Part shown: positions 39,845 to 49,978 of the stretch, one piece after another | Layout: every line of letters begins with the position of its first letter | Position numbering within the stretch: the first letter of the stretch is position 1 | Source of the DNA: an uncultured Chloroflexia bacterium | Lineage (GTDB): Bacteria > Chloroflexota > Limnocylindria > Limnocylindrales > CSP1-4 | Assembly (NCBI GenBank): GCA_963819655.1 | Contig: CAWFXA010000002.1 | Span: forward strand, 1,056,001-1,120,000 | Length of the DNA stretch: 64,000 nucleotides | Direction: 5' to 3' | The notes under the pieces: generated by a model | Seen by the model: the letters and a program-made list of their open reading frames with translations, nothing else | Database searches by the model: none | What the model was told of the DNA's origin: nothing | Translations under genes and position numbers: made by a program

Positions 39845-41139
39845 GTGAACGACGGCCCGACCCAGCCGGCCCCAGCGCCGCTGCCCGACGAAGTGCTCGA
39901 CGATCTCGTGACCGTCCTGGACGAGATCCGGCTGGGACGCTCGCGGTCGCGCTCCGAGCTCGTCGAGCGCACCGGGCTCGGGCGGGCGATCGTGGCCCGC
40001 CGCGTCGGCGAATTGATCGACCGCGGGCTGGTGGCGGAAGGCCCGGTCGGGCCGAGCACCGGCGGCCGTCCCCCCGCCAGTTGGCATTCCGGGCTACGGC
40101 CGGACACCTGCTCGTCGCCGATCTCGGTGCGACCAGCATCGATGTCGCGCTCACCACCCTCGATGGCCGGATCCTCGGCCATCACGACGAGCCCGCCCGC
40201 ATCGAGGACGGACCCGAGGCCGGGCTCGATCGCGTCGACGCGCTGTTCGATCTCCTGCTCGCGACGGCCAAGGGCGTGCCCGGTCGCCTGTGGGGAGTCG
40301 GGATCGGCGTGCCGGGACCGGTCGAGTTCGGGTCCGGCCGGCCCATCTCGCCACCGATCATGCCGGGCTGGGACGGCTACCCGATCCGCGAGCGGTTCGC
40401 CGCCCGGTACAGGGCGCCCGTCTGGGTCGACAACGACGTGAACGTGCTCGCACTCGGCGAGTGGCGCTCGGGCGTCGCCGCCGGTCACGACAACGTGGTG
40501 GTCATCAAGGTCGGGACGGGCATCGGGGCCGGGATCATCTCGGACGGCCGGCTCCACCGCGGCGCGCAGGGGAGCGCCGGTGACGTCGGCCACATCCAGG
40601 TCTCGGACGAGGTGTCGGTGGTCTGCCGCTGCGGCAACGTGGGCTGCCTCGAGGCGTATGCGGGAGGCGCCGCGCTGGGACGTGCTGGAGAGGCCGCCGC
40701 GACGGCCGGGGCCAGCCCGCGACTCGCCCTCGCCCTCGACCAGACGGGCTCCGTCAGCGCCGAGGACGTCGCGCGGGCCGCGTCGTTCGGCGACCCGGTC
40801 GCTGTCGCGATGCTCCAGTCGGCCGGCCGGCGGGTCGGGTCGATGCTGGCCAGCGTCGTGAACTTCTTCAACCCGTCGCTGATCGTCATCGGCGGCGGCG
40901 TGGCCAACAGTCCGGAGCTGTTCATCGCATCGATCCGCGAGACGGTCTACCGGCGCTCCCTGCCGCTGGCCACGCGCGACCTGCGGATCGCGCATTCGTC
41001 GCTCGGCGGGCTGGCGGGTGTTATCGGGGCTTCGTCGATGGTCGTCGACCAGCTCTTCTCCCGCGAGTCGATCGGCCGGTGGCTCGAAGCCGGCGATCCC
41101 ACCGCTGCGGCCGACCTGGACCTGGCGCGCGCGGGCTGA
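39845..41139 (+). CDS. ROK-family transcriptional regulator (indel near 40075)
   Basis: HTH SRSELVERTGLGRAIV, STGGRPP, DNDVN, CRCGNVGCLE. Confidence 0.88.
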
Positions 41140-41509
41140 CGGCCGGGGCGCAGGCTGAGCGCGACGACGCCCGTCGCGCCTTGGCGCGGGGCCGGCCGGA
41201 CCCAAGCCCCTGAGCGTCGTTCTGCCGATCAGCGCGTTCCGCCCGGGATCGACCTATCCCGACCGTGCCCGGTGCGCCCCGCATTTCTGCCCCCATCAGA
41301 CGAATGACGGGTTCGCGGGTCACAAGGGTGACTCCGAGGCCGCCATGGCGTGGGGATCGTGCGGGGCCCAGCCTCCGGAATGGCCCCGAAGGACCCGATC
41401 CGCTGCCTTATGCCGCATCTACCCCCGCAATCGTCTGGCCCCAGCAGAATCCCGAACCGGATGCAGGATCTCCGGGCTCCAGACTGGGCGAACGTAGCAA
41501 GCTCACTCG

Positions 41510-42715
41510 TTACGCCCCGGTCACGACCCGGTCCGTGAAGTCGCCCGAGGACTCGGTCCTTGAGGATCAGCTTGTGGCGCCCGTCGGGCAGGATCTCGCG
41601 CTTGATCACGATCTGCCCCTCGAACGTCTCCGGCGTTGACGCGATCCGCGCGGTGGAGCCGCCGCGCCAGTCCATCTCGACCGGCTCCCAGCGTTCGCTC
41701 GTGGCCGACCGGTAGCACGCGTCCATGACCGCGTTGACGACATAGCCGTCGTAGAACGTTTCGCGCGGCGACGACGCATCCTCCATCGCCCGGAACATGT
41801 CGCTGAACATGTCGACATAGCCGAGCTCGGACACCTCGTCGCCGACCGGGAACAGCCAGCCGGCCGCGGATCTCGGCCTTCTCGGCGACGTACCCGCCGC
41901 CGCCACCCGCGGTGAACATCTCGAACCCGGTCCGCAGGAAGTGGTTCAGCCAGATCGTGCCGTGCGTGCCGGCCACCTCGTCGCGCAGGTCCATCCCGCC
42001 GCGGAACGTCCAGCTCACCTCGAACTGACCGATCGCGCCCGATTCGAACCGGATCAGGGCGATCGCGTTGTCCTCGTCGCTGATCGGGTGGACGAGCGTG
42101 TCGGTGTGGCACATGACCTCGAGCGGCCGGTTCCCCTTGCCGACGAAGTTGCGGATGATCTCGATGCAGTGGCAGCCGAGGTCGATGATCGCGCCGCCGC
42201 CGGTCAGCCGGCCATCCCAGAACCACGCTGAGTGCGGGCCGGGATGCGTCTCGCGCGACCGGACCCACGTCACGTTCCCGACCGCCCCGCTCTCGACGGC
42301 CGCGATCGCCTTGAGCGTCTTGGGCGTGTAGCACGAGGTCCTCGAGGTACCCCGCGAAGACCCCGGCCGACTCGACGGCCTCGAGCATCCGCTTGCGCCT
42401 CTTCGGCGTTCCTGCCAAGAGGCTTGGTGCACAGCACCGCCTTGCCCGCTCGGGCGGCGAGGGTGACCGCCTCCTCGTGGAGGAAGTTCGGCAGACCCGA
42501 CGATGACGACATCGGTGTCCGGATGGTTCGACGGCGGCGGCCATGTCGGTCGTCGACTCCGGGATCCCCCAGCGCTCCTTGAACGCGGTGCCGCGCTCCT
42601 CGCTCCGCGAATAGACGACCTCGACCCGGTCGCGGCTGCGCTGGCCGTGCAGCGTCATCGTGTAGAAGTCGCCGATCAGGCCGGTGCCGAGCAGCGAGAT
42701 GCGATGGCTCTCCAC
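41510..42715 (-). CDS. Gfo/Idh/MocA oxidoreductase (several indels)
   Basis: Collinear pieces in three frames: [43 protein letters not shown]. Confidence 0.8.
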
Positions 42716-42726
42716 GGGTCCCTCCT

Positions 42727-43761
42727 TCAGGTCGTCCGACCGCGCACGAGGTCGCGGCCGGCGACCAGCGCACGGAGCTTGGCGAGCGTCGCCCAGCGGG
42801 CGGTCTGGCTAAAGCCGCAATCGGGGACGAGCGTCAGCCGCTCGGGTGGCACGCCGGTCGCGAGGACCGCATCGATGCGCTCGGCGACGTCCTCCGCGGT
42901 CTCGATGTAGTAGTTCTTGACGTCGACGACGCCGGCCGCGACATCCCGCCCGGCCGCGGCGATCTCGCCAAGGATCTCGACCTCGGCCATCTCCCGGTTG
43001 GCGAACTCGAGCACAAGCTCGTCGACGTCGAACCCGAGCATCGCCTCGAGCACCGGCCGGTAGGTGCGGCGCGCCAGCGGCCGGCCGAGGTAGTTCCCGA
43101 AACACAGGTGCGCCCCGAGCCGGACCTTGCCGACGACCGGCGCGACCGCCGCGTTGAACAGCGCCGCGAAATCGGATGGGGCATCCGGATGGATGGCCGG
43201 CGACGGATCGTCGATCTGGATGTGGCGGGCACCCGCCGCGACGAGCCCCTCGAGCTCGGCGCGCAGGATCGGGACGAACGCCTCGGCCGCAGCGTCGCGT
43301 TCCGGGTACACCTCACCATGCCCCGTCCGCAGCCGACCGGACAGGGTGTACGGCCCGGGCAGCGTGACCTTGAGTGGTCGGCTGGCGCGTCTCGAGGCGT
43401 ATCGGAACTCCTCGACCACGCCGAGCCCGTCGGGCGCCGCGATCGGCTCGAGCACCTCGAACCGGTGCTGCTGGTCGTGGCCGCCCGCCCCGAGGACCCG
43501 ATCCGCGGGCAGAGCCCGGACACCGGTCATGTGCCGGTAGAACTCGGCGGTGAAGAAGCCCGCGCGCCTCATCTCGCCGTCGCTGACGAGGTCGATACCG
43601 GCGTCCTCCTGATCGCGCAGCGCGAGGTCGACCGCGTCGTCCAGCATCTCCGCGAGATCGACCGGCCCGAACTCGCCGCGCTCCGCGGCCGCGATCCCGG
43701 CGACGAACCACGACGGACGGGCATGCGACCCGACGACACTCGTCCGGAGCCCTTCGGTCAT
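42727..43761 (-). CDS. MetE C-terminal-core (B12-independent methionine synthase-like) Zn protein
   Basis: VVGS, SDGEMRR, IQIDDP, Zn ligands HLC, E (VLEFA) and PDCG; no N-terminal MetE half. Confidence 0.85.
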   Translation of the reverse strand: MTEGLRTSVVGSHARPSWFVAGIAAAERGEFGPVDLAEMLDDAVDLALRDQEDAGIDLVSDGEMRRAGFFTAEFYRHMTGVRALPADRVLGAGGHDQQHRFEVLEPIAAPDGLGVVEEFRYASRRASRPLKVTLPGPYTLSGRLRTGHGEVYPERDAAAEAFVPILRAELEGLVAAGARHIQIDDPSPAIHPDAPSDFAALFNAAVAPVVGKVRLGAHLCFGNYLGRPLARRTYRPVLEAMLGFDVDELVLEFANREMAEVEILGEIAAAGRDVAAGVVDVKNYYIETAEDVAERIDAVLATGVPPERLTLVPDCGFSQTARWATLAKLRALVAGRDLVRGRTT

Positions 43762-43777
43762 GCGGTCATCCGTTCGA

Positions 43778-44590
43778 CTATTCCGCTTCCGGTTTCGGTT
43801 CGGCTGTCGTGGACACGATCGACCAGCCGCCATCGACGGCCAGTGACTGCCCGGTCACGGCGCGCGACTCGTCCGACAGGAAGAAGATCGCGGCCTTGGC
43901 GACCTCGTCCGGATCGAGCATCGAGCCGGCGAGCGGCTGCTTCCTCGTCGCGTACTCGAGGATGTGCGGATCAGAGGCCGCTCGTGCGGCCATCGGCGTG
44001 GCGGTCAGCGACGGGGCGACCAGGTTCACCCGGATGCGGTCCGCGACGTACGTGGCAGCCATCGTCGTCATCAGTGCGGTCAGCGCGCCTTTCGCCGCGG
44101 CGTAGGCGTGCGTGCCGAACAGTTCCGGGACCGGTGCATCCGTCGTGATGCTGCCGAGGAGCAGGATCGACCCGCGCATGCCCGAGGCGTCGGGCGACTG
44201 GTCCCGCATCGCCTTCACGGCACGGCTGCACATGAGGACCTGGGTGCGCAGATTGAGCGCGGCGGTCGCCTCCCACGCGTCGCCTGTGAGCGTGTGGATC
44301 GGGCCGTCGCCGAAACGCCGGCCGCTCCCGCCGGCCACCGAGAACAGCCCATCGATCCGGCCGAACCGCTCGAGGCCCGCCGTGACCGCACGGTCCACCG
44401 CCTTCTCATCGGTGAGGTCGGCCTCGGCCCATCCGACGTTCGGGAGACGCTCGGCCAGCGTACGCGCGTGCTCGCTGGTGCGCGACACGACGAATACCGA
44501 CGCCCCTTCCGCGGCCGCTCGCTCGGCAGTCGCAGCGCCGATGCCTGTCGATCCGGTGATCAGCACGACCCGGCCCGCCAGGCGGTCCAT
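43778..44590 (-). CDS. SDR oxidoreductase
   Basis: TGSTGIG, YAAAK, VTGQSLAVDGG. Confidence 0.88.
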   Translation of the reverse strand: MDRLAGRVVLITGSTGIGAATAERAAAEGASVFVVSRTSEHARTLAERLPNVGWAEADLTDEKAVDRAVTAGLERFGRIDGLFSVAGGSGRRFGDGPIHTLTGDAWEATAALNLRTQVLMCSRAVKAMRDQSPDASGMRGSILLLGSITTDAPVPELFGTHAYAAAKGALTALMTTMAATYVADRIRVNLVAPSLTATPMAARAASDPHILEYATRKQPLAGSMLDPDEVAKAAIFFLSDESRAVTGQSLAVDGGWSIVSTTAEPKPEAE

Positions 44591-45246
44591 CAGGGACCGA
44601 CTGCCGCGATGAGCGCTCGACGAGCGGTCGGATCGGCGTTGGTCAAGGCTCCGCCCACCCCGACGGCAACGCAGCCGGCCGCCAGGAACGCGGCCGCGGA
44701 GCCAGCGTCGACGCCGCCGGTCGCGATCATCTCGATGTCCGGGAAGGGACCGCGCATCTCGCGAACGTGCGCCGGACCCAGGCTGGACGCTGGGAAGATC
44801 TTGACGAAGGTCGCCCCGCCTCGCCACGCGAGGTCGATCTCCGACGGCGAGTACGCGCCCGGGATGACGGGCAAGCCGAGCGCGATCGCCTCCTCGACGA
44901 GCGCGAGATCGAGCGTCGGGCTGACCGCGAACGCGGCCCCGACATCGACGGCCGCGTGGAGCGCATCGGTTGTCCGGATCGTGCCGGCCCCGACCACGAC
45001 GTCCCCTCGGCCACCCTCCTCTAGACGCCGGCGCGCAGCGACCAGGTCATCCGCCGCGCTGGGCGCGTCGAAGGTCACCTCGAGGATGCGGACGCCGTCA
45101 CCGACCAGCGCATCCACCAGGTCGAGCAGACGGGTCTGCGGTTCGATCCCGCGCAGGATCGCGATCAGCCGGGCCGACCGGATCAGGTCGGCGACGGGTG
45201 AGGCGCGAAGGGCATCCACGGCACGCGGGTCGGGCATCGCCGGCAT
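44590..45246 (-). CDS. eda: KDPG/KHG aldolase family
   Basis: IAILRG, LEVT, GAGT, VSP, VKIFPA, TGGV. Confidence 0.85.
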   Translation of the reverse strand: MPAMPDPRAVDALRASPVADLIRSARLIAILRGIEPQTRLLDLVDALVGDGVRILEVTFDAPSAADDLVAARRRLEEGGRGDVVVGAGTIRTTDALHAAVDVGAAFAVSPTLDLALVEEAIALGLPVIPGAYSPSEIDLAWRGGATFVKIFPASSLGPAHVREMRGPFPDIEMIATGGVDAGSAAAFLAAGCVAVGVGGALTNADPTARRALIAAVGP

Positions 45247-45295
45247 CGTACGTCCCGCGCTCGGCGGCCGCGATCGCGCTAGGATCCCTGGCATC

Positions 45296-46741
45296 ATGGA
45301 GACGGTCCCGATCGGTGCCTTCGATGCGGCCACGGGCGCGCGCGACGTGTTCCTCGACATCGAGTTGCAGCGCGGCTCGCTGCGTCGCAATCTGCGCCTG
45401 GCGTTGCGCGAGGCGATCCAGCAGGGCCGCCTGTCGGCCGGCACGCGCCTGCCATCATCACGCCGCCTCGCGTCGGACCTGCAGGTCTCGCGCGGGGTGG
45501 TCGCCGATACGTACGACCAGCTCGCAGCCGAGGGCTACCTCGCCGTCGCGCCACGACAGGCGCCGCTGGTGGTCGCGGTGGCTGCCTCCACCCCGCTGAC
45601 CATCGAGGCGGAACGCCGGACCTGGCCCGTCGACTTCGTCGCCACGACGCCGGACGTCGAGCTGTTCCCGCGCCGGGCGTGGTTGCGCGCCATGGAGCGC
45701 GCGATTCGTGCTGCGCCGAACGCCGCATTCGACTACGGCGACCATCGCGGGCGGCCGGAGCTCCGGCTGGCCCTGCGCGAGTACCTCGGCCGTGTCCGCG
45801 GGGTGCGGACCGAACCGGAGCGGATCGTCGTCACCCAGGGCTTCACCCAAGCGCTCTTCCTTCTCTGCCGCGTGCTGCGCGCCGGCGGTGCGCGGACGCT
45901 GACGTTCGAGACGCCGTCCGCCCAGACGCCCTGGGCGACGGTGGCCAGCGCCGGCCTGTCACTCGAGGCAGCACCGGTCGACGACCACGGGCTGCGGACG
46001 GATCGGCTCACCCGATCGGCTGGCGACGCGGTGCTCGTCACGCCAGCCCACCAGTTCCCGACTGGCTCGGTCATGGCCGCCGATCGCCGGGCGGCGCTCG
46101 TCGCGTGGGCGCGGGAGCGGGACCGCCTCATCATCGAGGACGACTACGACGCCGAATTCCGCTATGACCGGGTCGCCATCGGGGCCATCCAGGGACTCGA
46201 TCCGGAGCGCGTCGTCCACATCGGGACGACATCCAAGACCCTCGCGCCGGGGATCCGCCTCGGCTGGATGAGCGTGCCGGTCGATCTTGTCGCCGAGGTG
46301 AAGGCAGAGAAGTCGGCGCTCGACTCCGGTTCGCCGGCGCTCGAGCAGCTCGCGTTCGCCGATATCCTCGCGAGCGGCGAGTACGACCGTCACGTGGCCC
46401 GCGCGCGGCAGGTCTATCGCCATCGACGCGATGCGCTGGTCGGCGCGGTCGGGCGTCACCTGCCGGGTTTGCGGCTCGACGGCGCGGCGGCCGGGCTCCA
46501 CGTGCTGCTCCGACTGCCGGGCTCGGTCGATGACGTCGCGGTCGCGCGAACGGCCGCCGAACGCGGCGTCAGGGTCGAGGCTCTCTCACCGATGTCACTC
46601 GTCGGGGCGCCCGACCGCGGGCTGGTCCTCGGCTACAGCCGGTTGTCCGTGGAAGGGATGGACCCGGCGGTCGCTCTTCTCGCCGACATCCTGCGGTCAG
46701 CCGGCGCCGTCTCACGCCGCGGTCAGGCTTCGTCCGCGTAG
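45296..46741 (+). CDS. MocR/GabR PLP-dependent transcriptional regulator
   Basis: RLPSSRRLASDLQVSRGVV, TPAHQFPTG, IIEDDYD, TSKTLAPGIRLGW. Confidence 0.92.
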   Translation: METVPIGAFDAATGARDVFLDIELQRGSLRRNLRLALREAIQQGRLSAGTRLPSSRRLASDLQVSRGVVADTYDQLAAEGYLAVAPRQAPLVVAVAASTPLTIEAERRTWPVDFVATTPDVELFPRRAWLRAMERAIRAAPNAAFDYGDHRGRPELRLALREYLGRVRGVRTEPERIVVTQGFTQALFLLCRVLRAGGARTLTFETPSAQTPWATVASAGLSLEAAPVDDHGLRTDRLTRSAGDAVLVTPAHQFPTGSVMAADRRAALVAWARERDRLIIEDDYDAEFRYDRVAIGAIQGLDPERVVHIGTTSKTLAPGIRLGWMSVPVDLVAEVKAEKSALDSGSPALEQLAFADILASGEYDRHVARARQVYRHRRDALVGAVGRHLPGLRLDGAAAGLHVLLRLPGSVDDVAVARTAAERGVRVEALSPMSLVGAPDRGLVLGYSRLSVEGMDPAVALLADILRSAGAVSRRGQASSA

Positions 46742-47148
46742 TCCCACGCGCGGATGACCCCCGGTACGACGCGGATGACGGCCCCGGGCGCGTACGACGA
46801 GACCATCCGCTCGGCGGCCTCGGGACCGGAGTAGCGCAGCCCCGTCCGGCGCAACGCGCCGTAGAAGTCGTCCGGCTCGGTCGACACGGTCGCCTCGCCG
46901 CGCAGCTCGAAGCCCTTGTACGGCCAATCGTGGTTCGCGACCACGACGGTCACCCGCGGGTCGCGCTTGACATGCCCGACCTTGCCGCCCTCGGGTGTCG
47001 GCACCCAGATGTTGATGCCGCCGTCATGCCACTCGAACCAGACCGGCGACAGCATGATCGTGTCGTTCTTGCGGCGCGTGGCGAGGATCGCGATCAGCGG
47101 CTCGTCGAGTAGGCCGTCGAGGTCATCGAGACCGAGATCGGTGCGCAT
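46723..47148 (-). CDS. PPOX-class (pyridoxamine 5'-phosphate oxidase-like, possibly F420-binding) protein
   Basis: ILATRRK...SPVWF, K.GHVKRDPRV, ELRGEA. Confidence 0.8.
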   Translation of the reverse strand: MRTDLGLDDLDGLLDEPLIAILATRRKNDTIMLSPVWFEWHDGGINIWVPTPEGGKVGHVKRDPRVTVVVANHDWPYKGFELRGEATVSTEPDDFYGALRRTGLRYSGPEAAERMVSSYAPGAVIRVVPGVIRAWDYADEA

Positions 47149-47149
47149 G

Positions 47150-48103
47150 TCAGACGATCCTCCGACTGTCCGCGACGACCGGCGCGGGCCCGGGCGGTGG
47201 CGTGGCCGATGGCCGTCGGCCCGCCGTCATGTTGACCAGGGCGATGCCGCCCACGATCAGCGCGAGGCCCGTGAGCAGGCGACCATCGACCGGTTCACGT
47301 AGGATGATCGCCCCGAGCGCGACACCGAAGACCGGCAGGAGGTAGGCAACGAGCGACGTCCCGGCAGCGCCGCGCCGGGCGAGCAGGCGGAAGAAGATGA
47401 GATACGCCAGCCCCGACCCGAGGAACCCGAGCCACAGCACCGCAAACAGAGCCTGCGGCTCGACCTGCAGCGTCCACGGCCGATCCACCGCGAGCGCGAT
47501 GGCACCGGCGATGACGAGCGCGAACGCGACCTGGAACAGCGCCGGGATCATCGGGCGCAGGCCGCGGACGTGCCGGCGCGCATAGACCGCGCCACACGCA
47601 TACGACACCGTCGATCCGACGAGCGCCAGCACGCCGGCGAGATCGCTCCCGGCCGCCGTCCCTGGGTCGAAGCCGACCAGCACCGCGACACCGGCGAACC
47701 CGAGGAGGACACCCGCGATCCGGCCCGGGCTGAGCGGCTCGTCGCGGAGCGTGACGGCGGCGATGGGGATGACGAGGATCGGCACGGCGCCGTTGATGAC
47801 CGAGGCGAGCGTCGAATTGACCCGCTGCTCGGCCCAGGTGATCAGGGTGAACGGGATCACGATGTTCACCACGGCCATCACGAGCAGGTGACGGTAGGTC
47901 GTCCGGTCGCGCGGCAAGTGCTCCCGGGCGGCGGCGACGACCGCGGCCAGCAACGCGAAGCCGAGCAGGAGTCGGAGCGCGACCAGCGTGAACGGCGGCA
48001 GGCCGGCATCGACGCCGATCTTGATGAACATGTAACTGCTGCCCCACAGGAAGCCGAGGACGACGAACAGCAGCCAGTCAAATCGGGAGCCGACGGTGGT
48101 CAT
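47150..48103 (-). CDS. EamA/DMT family transporter
   Basis: LWGSSYMFIK, about 10 hydrophobic segments, YLLPVFGV..G. Confidence 0.9.
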   Translation of the reverse strand: MTTVGSRFDWLLFVVLGFLWGSSYMFIKIGVDAGLPPFTLVALRLLLGFALLAAVVAAAREHLPRDRTTYRHLLVMAVVNIVIPFTLITWAEQRVNSTLASVINGAVPILVIPIAAVTLRDEPLSPGRIAGVLLGFAGVAVLVGFDPGTAAGSDLAGVLALVGSTVSYACGAVYARRHVRGLRPMIPALFQVAFALVIAGAIALAVDRPWTLQVEPQALFAVLWLGFLGSGLAYLIFFRLLARRGAAGTSLVAYLLPVFGVALGAIILREPVDGRLLTGLALIVGGIALVNMTAGRRPSATPPPGPAPVVADSRRIV

Positions 48104-48124
48104 GGTGCCATCGTCACGTACCGG

Positions 48125-48168
48125 TGGCCCCATGGCTAGGTCCACACCGGCCAGACGCGATGGGGCCA
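48125..48168. promoter_or_regulatory. Inverted repeat upstream of EamA, candidate MocR operator
   Basis: TGGCCCCAT-N26-ATGGGGCCA with an internal GGTCCA. Confidence 0.45.
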
Positions 48169-48344
48169 GTATCGCCCGTTGACGGGCCATCGTCGGGCGT
48201 CTATGCTCCAAGTATCCCGACCGGTACCGCGCTGCGGCAGCGATTCCGCGCGCACACCCGCTCGGCCCCCCTTAGCGATCCGGACCCAGGCCGATCGGCC
48301 CGTCGAGTCCGTCCCGCCTCTTCACACCCAGGTGACCCCGCCAG

Positions 48345-49733
48345 ATGCCCGCCACAGGCCCAGACCAGCGTTCCCGTAACCGCCGCCCACGTCGGCGCGG
48401 TCCATCCTCCTCATTCCGCGCTCCTGTCAGCGAATTCGAAGAGCAGCAGGAGCTCGAGGCCGCTCGCGAGCGCAACGACCTCGACGTCAGCGACCTGCGC
48501 GAGATGAGCGTCACCGAGCTCCGCGAGGTCGGTCGCGACCTCGAGCTCGTGACCGCCGCGGGCGACCGCAAGGACGACCTCGTCGACCAGATCCTGCAGC
48601 GCCAGACCGAGCGAGCCGGCCACGCTTACGCGACCGGCATCCTCGACATCGTCGACGAAGGGTTCGGGTTCATGCGCCGCCACGGCCTGCTGCCCAGCCC
48701 GGAGGACGTCTACGTCAGCTCCAGCCAGGTCCGTCGGTTCGGCCTGCGCATCGGCGACCGCATCTCCGGCGCCGTGCGCGCTCCACGGGAGGCCGAGAAA
48801 TATTGGGGCATGCTCCGGGTCGACGCGGTCAACGGCGTCGACACCGACACTGCCCGCCGCCGGCCGATCTTCAACGACCTCACGCCGGTCCATCCCGACG
48901 AGCTCATCAACCTCGAGACCGACCCGAAGAACCTCAGCCAGCGCCTGATCAACCTCGTCAACCCGCTCGGCAAGGGCCAGCGCGCGCTGATCGTCAGCCC
49001 GCCGAAGGCCGGCAAGACGATGCTCCTCAAGCAGATCGCCAACGGCGTCAGCGCCAACTACCCCGAGATGCTCCTGATGGTCGCGCTCATCGGTGAGCGC
49101 CCCGAGGAAGTCACCGACATGCGCCGCAGCGTCAAGGGCGAGGTCATCAGCTCGACGTTCGACGAGCCGACCGAGAACCACACCCATGTCGCGGAGATGG
49201 CGCTGGAGATCGCCAAGCGCCAGGTCGAGACCGGGCGCGACGTCGTCATCCTGCTCGACTCGATCACGCGCCTCGCGCGCGCGTACAACCTTGCGCTGCC
49301 GCCGAGTGGCCGCACGCTGTCGGGCGGCATCGACCCCATCGCCCTCTACCCACCGAAGCGATTCTTCGGCGCGGCACGCAATATCGAGGAAGGCGGCTCC
49401 CTCACGATCATCGGGACGTGCCTGATCGACACCGGCTCGCGCATGGACGACGTCATCTACGAGGAGTTCAAGGGCACCGGCAACTCCGAGCTGATCCTCG
49501 ATCGGAAGCTCGCCGAGAAGCGGATCTACCCCTCGATCGACGTCCAGCGCTCCGGTACTCGCCGCGAGGAGCTGCTGCTCGAGGAAGGCACGCTCAAGAT
49601 GGTCTGGACGATGCGCCGCATGCTCTCGGCGGTCGGGACGAACGAGGGCATCGAGATCCTCCTCAACCGACTCTCGAAGACCCAATCGAACGCCGAATTC
49701 CTCGCGTCGCTGACCAAGAACCTGGACGCCTGA
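48345..49733 (+). CDS. rho: Transcription termination factor Rho
   Basis: [46 protein letters not shown]. Confidence 0.97.
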   Translation: MPATGPDQRSRNRRPRRRGPSSSFRAPVSEFEEQQELEAARERNDLDVSDLREMSVTELREVGRDLELVTAAGDRKDDLVDQILQRQTERAGHAYATGILDIVDEGFGFMRRHGLLPSPEDVYVSSSQVRRFGLRIGDRISGAVRAPREAEKYWGMLRVDAVNGVDTDTARRRPIFNDLTPVHPDELINLETDPKNLSQRLINLVNPLGKGQRALIVSPPKAGKTMLLKQIANGVSANYPEMLLMVALIGERPEEVTDMRRSVKGEVISSTFDEPTENHTHVAEMALEIAKRQVETGRDVVILLDSITRLARAYNLALPPSGRTLSGGIDPIALYPPKRFFGAARNIEEGGSLTIIGTCLIDTGSRMDDVIYEEFKGTGNSELILDRKLAEKRIYPSIDVQRSGTRREELLLEEGTLKMVWTMRRMLSAVGTNEGIEILLNRLSKTQSNAEFLASLTKNLDA

Positions 49734-49978
49734 CGCTCGGAAGTGATGCGTTCACGCCACGGAAACCGGTCGTTCACGAGCGACAGGTTTGCCACGCCTG
49801 TTCCGTGCGTGGTAGGTTTCGTAGCGATGTCGTAAGTCCGGCGTGATGTCGGACGCGGCCGCGAAGAGAGACCCCCAGCCTCGATACCGCGACCCCGGAC
49901 GGGCCTCGACTACCCCCAACTAGCGCCCATACCCCCAAAACCTGCGCACCGGGCTCGTCCTCACGTCAGGAGACCGTA

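Noticed and set aside
41250-41290. Group II intron-like ends (CCTATCCCGAC, GTGCGCCCCGCAT)
   Set aside because: No domain V or RT ORF, and the order is wrong; likely chance in GC-rich DNA
43964-46741. 925-aa ORF as a giant MocR fusion
   Set aside because: The first 444 codons are the antisense shadow of the SDR and eda genes; the real start is 45296
49734-49978. c-di-AMP riboswitch upstream of the LysM/M23 gene
   Set aside because: The conserved ydaO-type motifs were not seen
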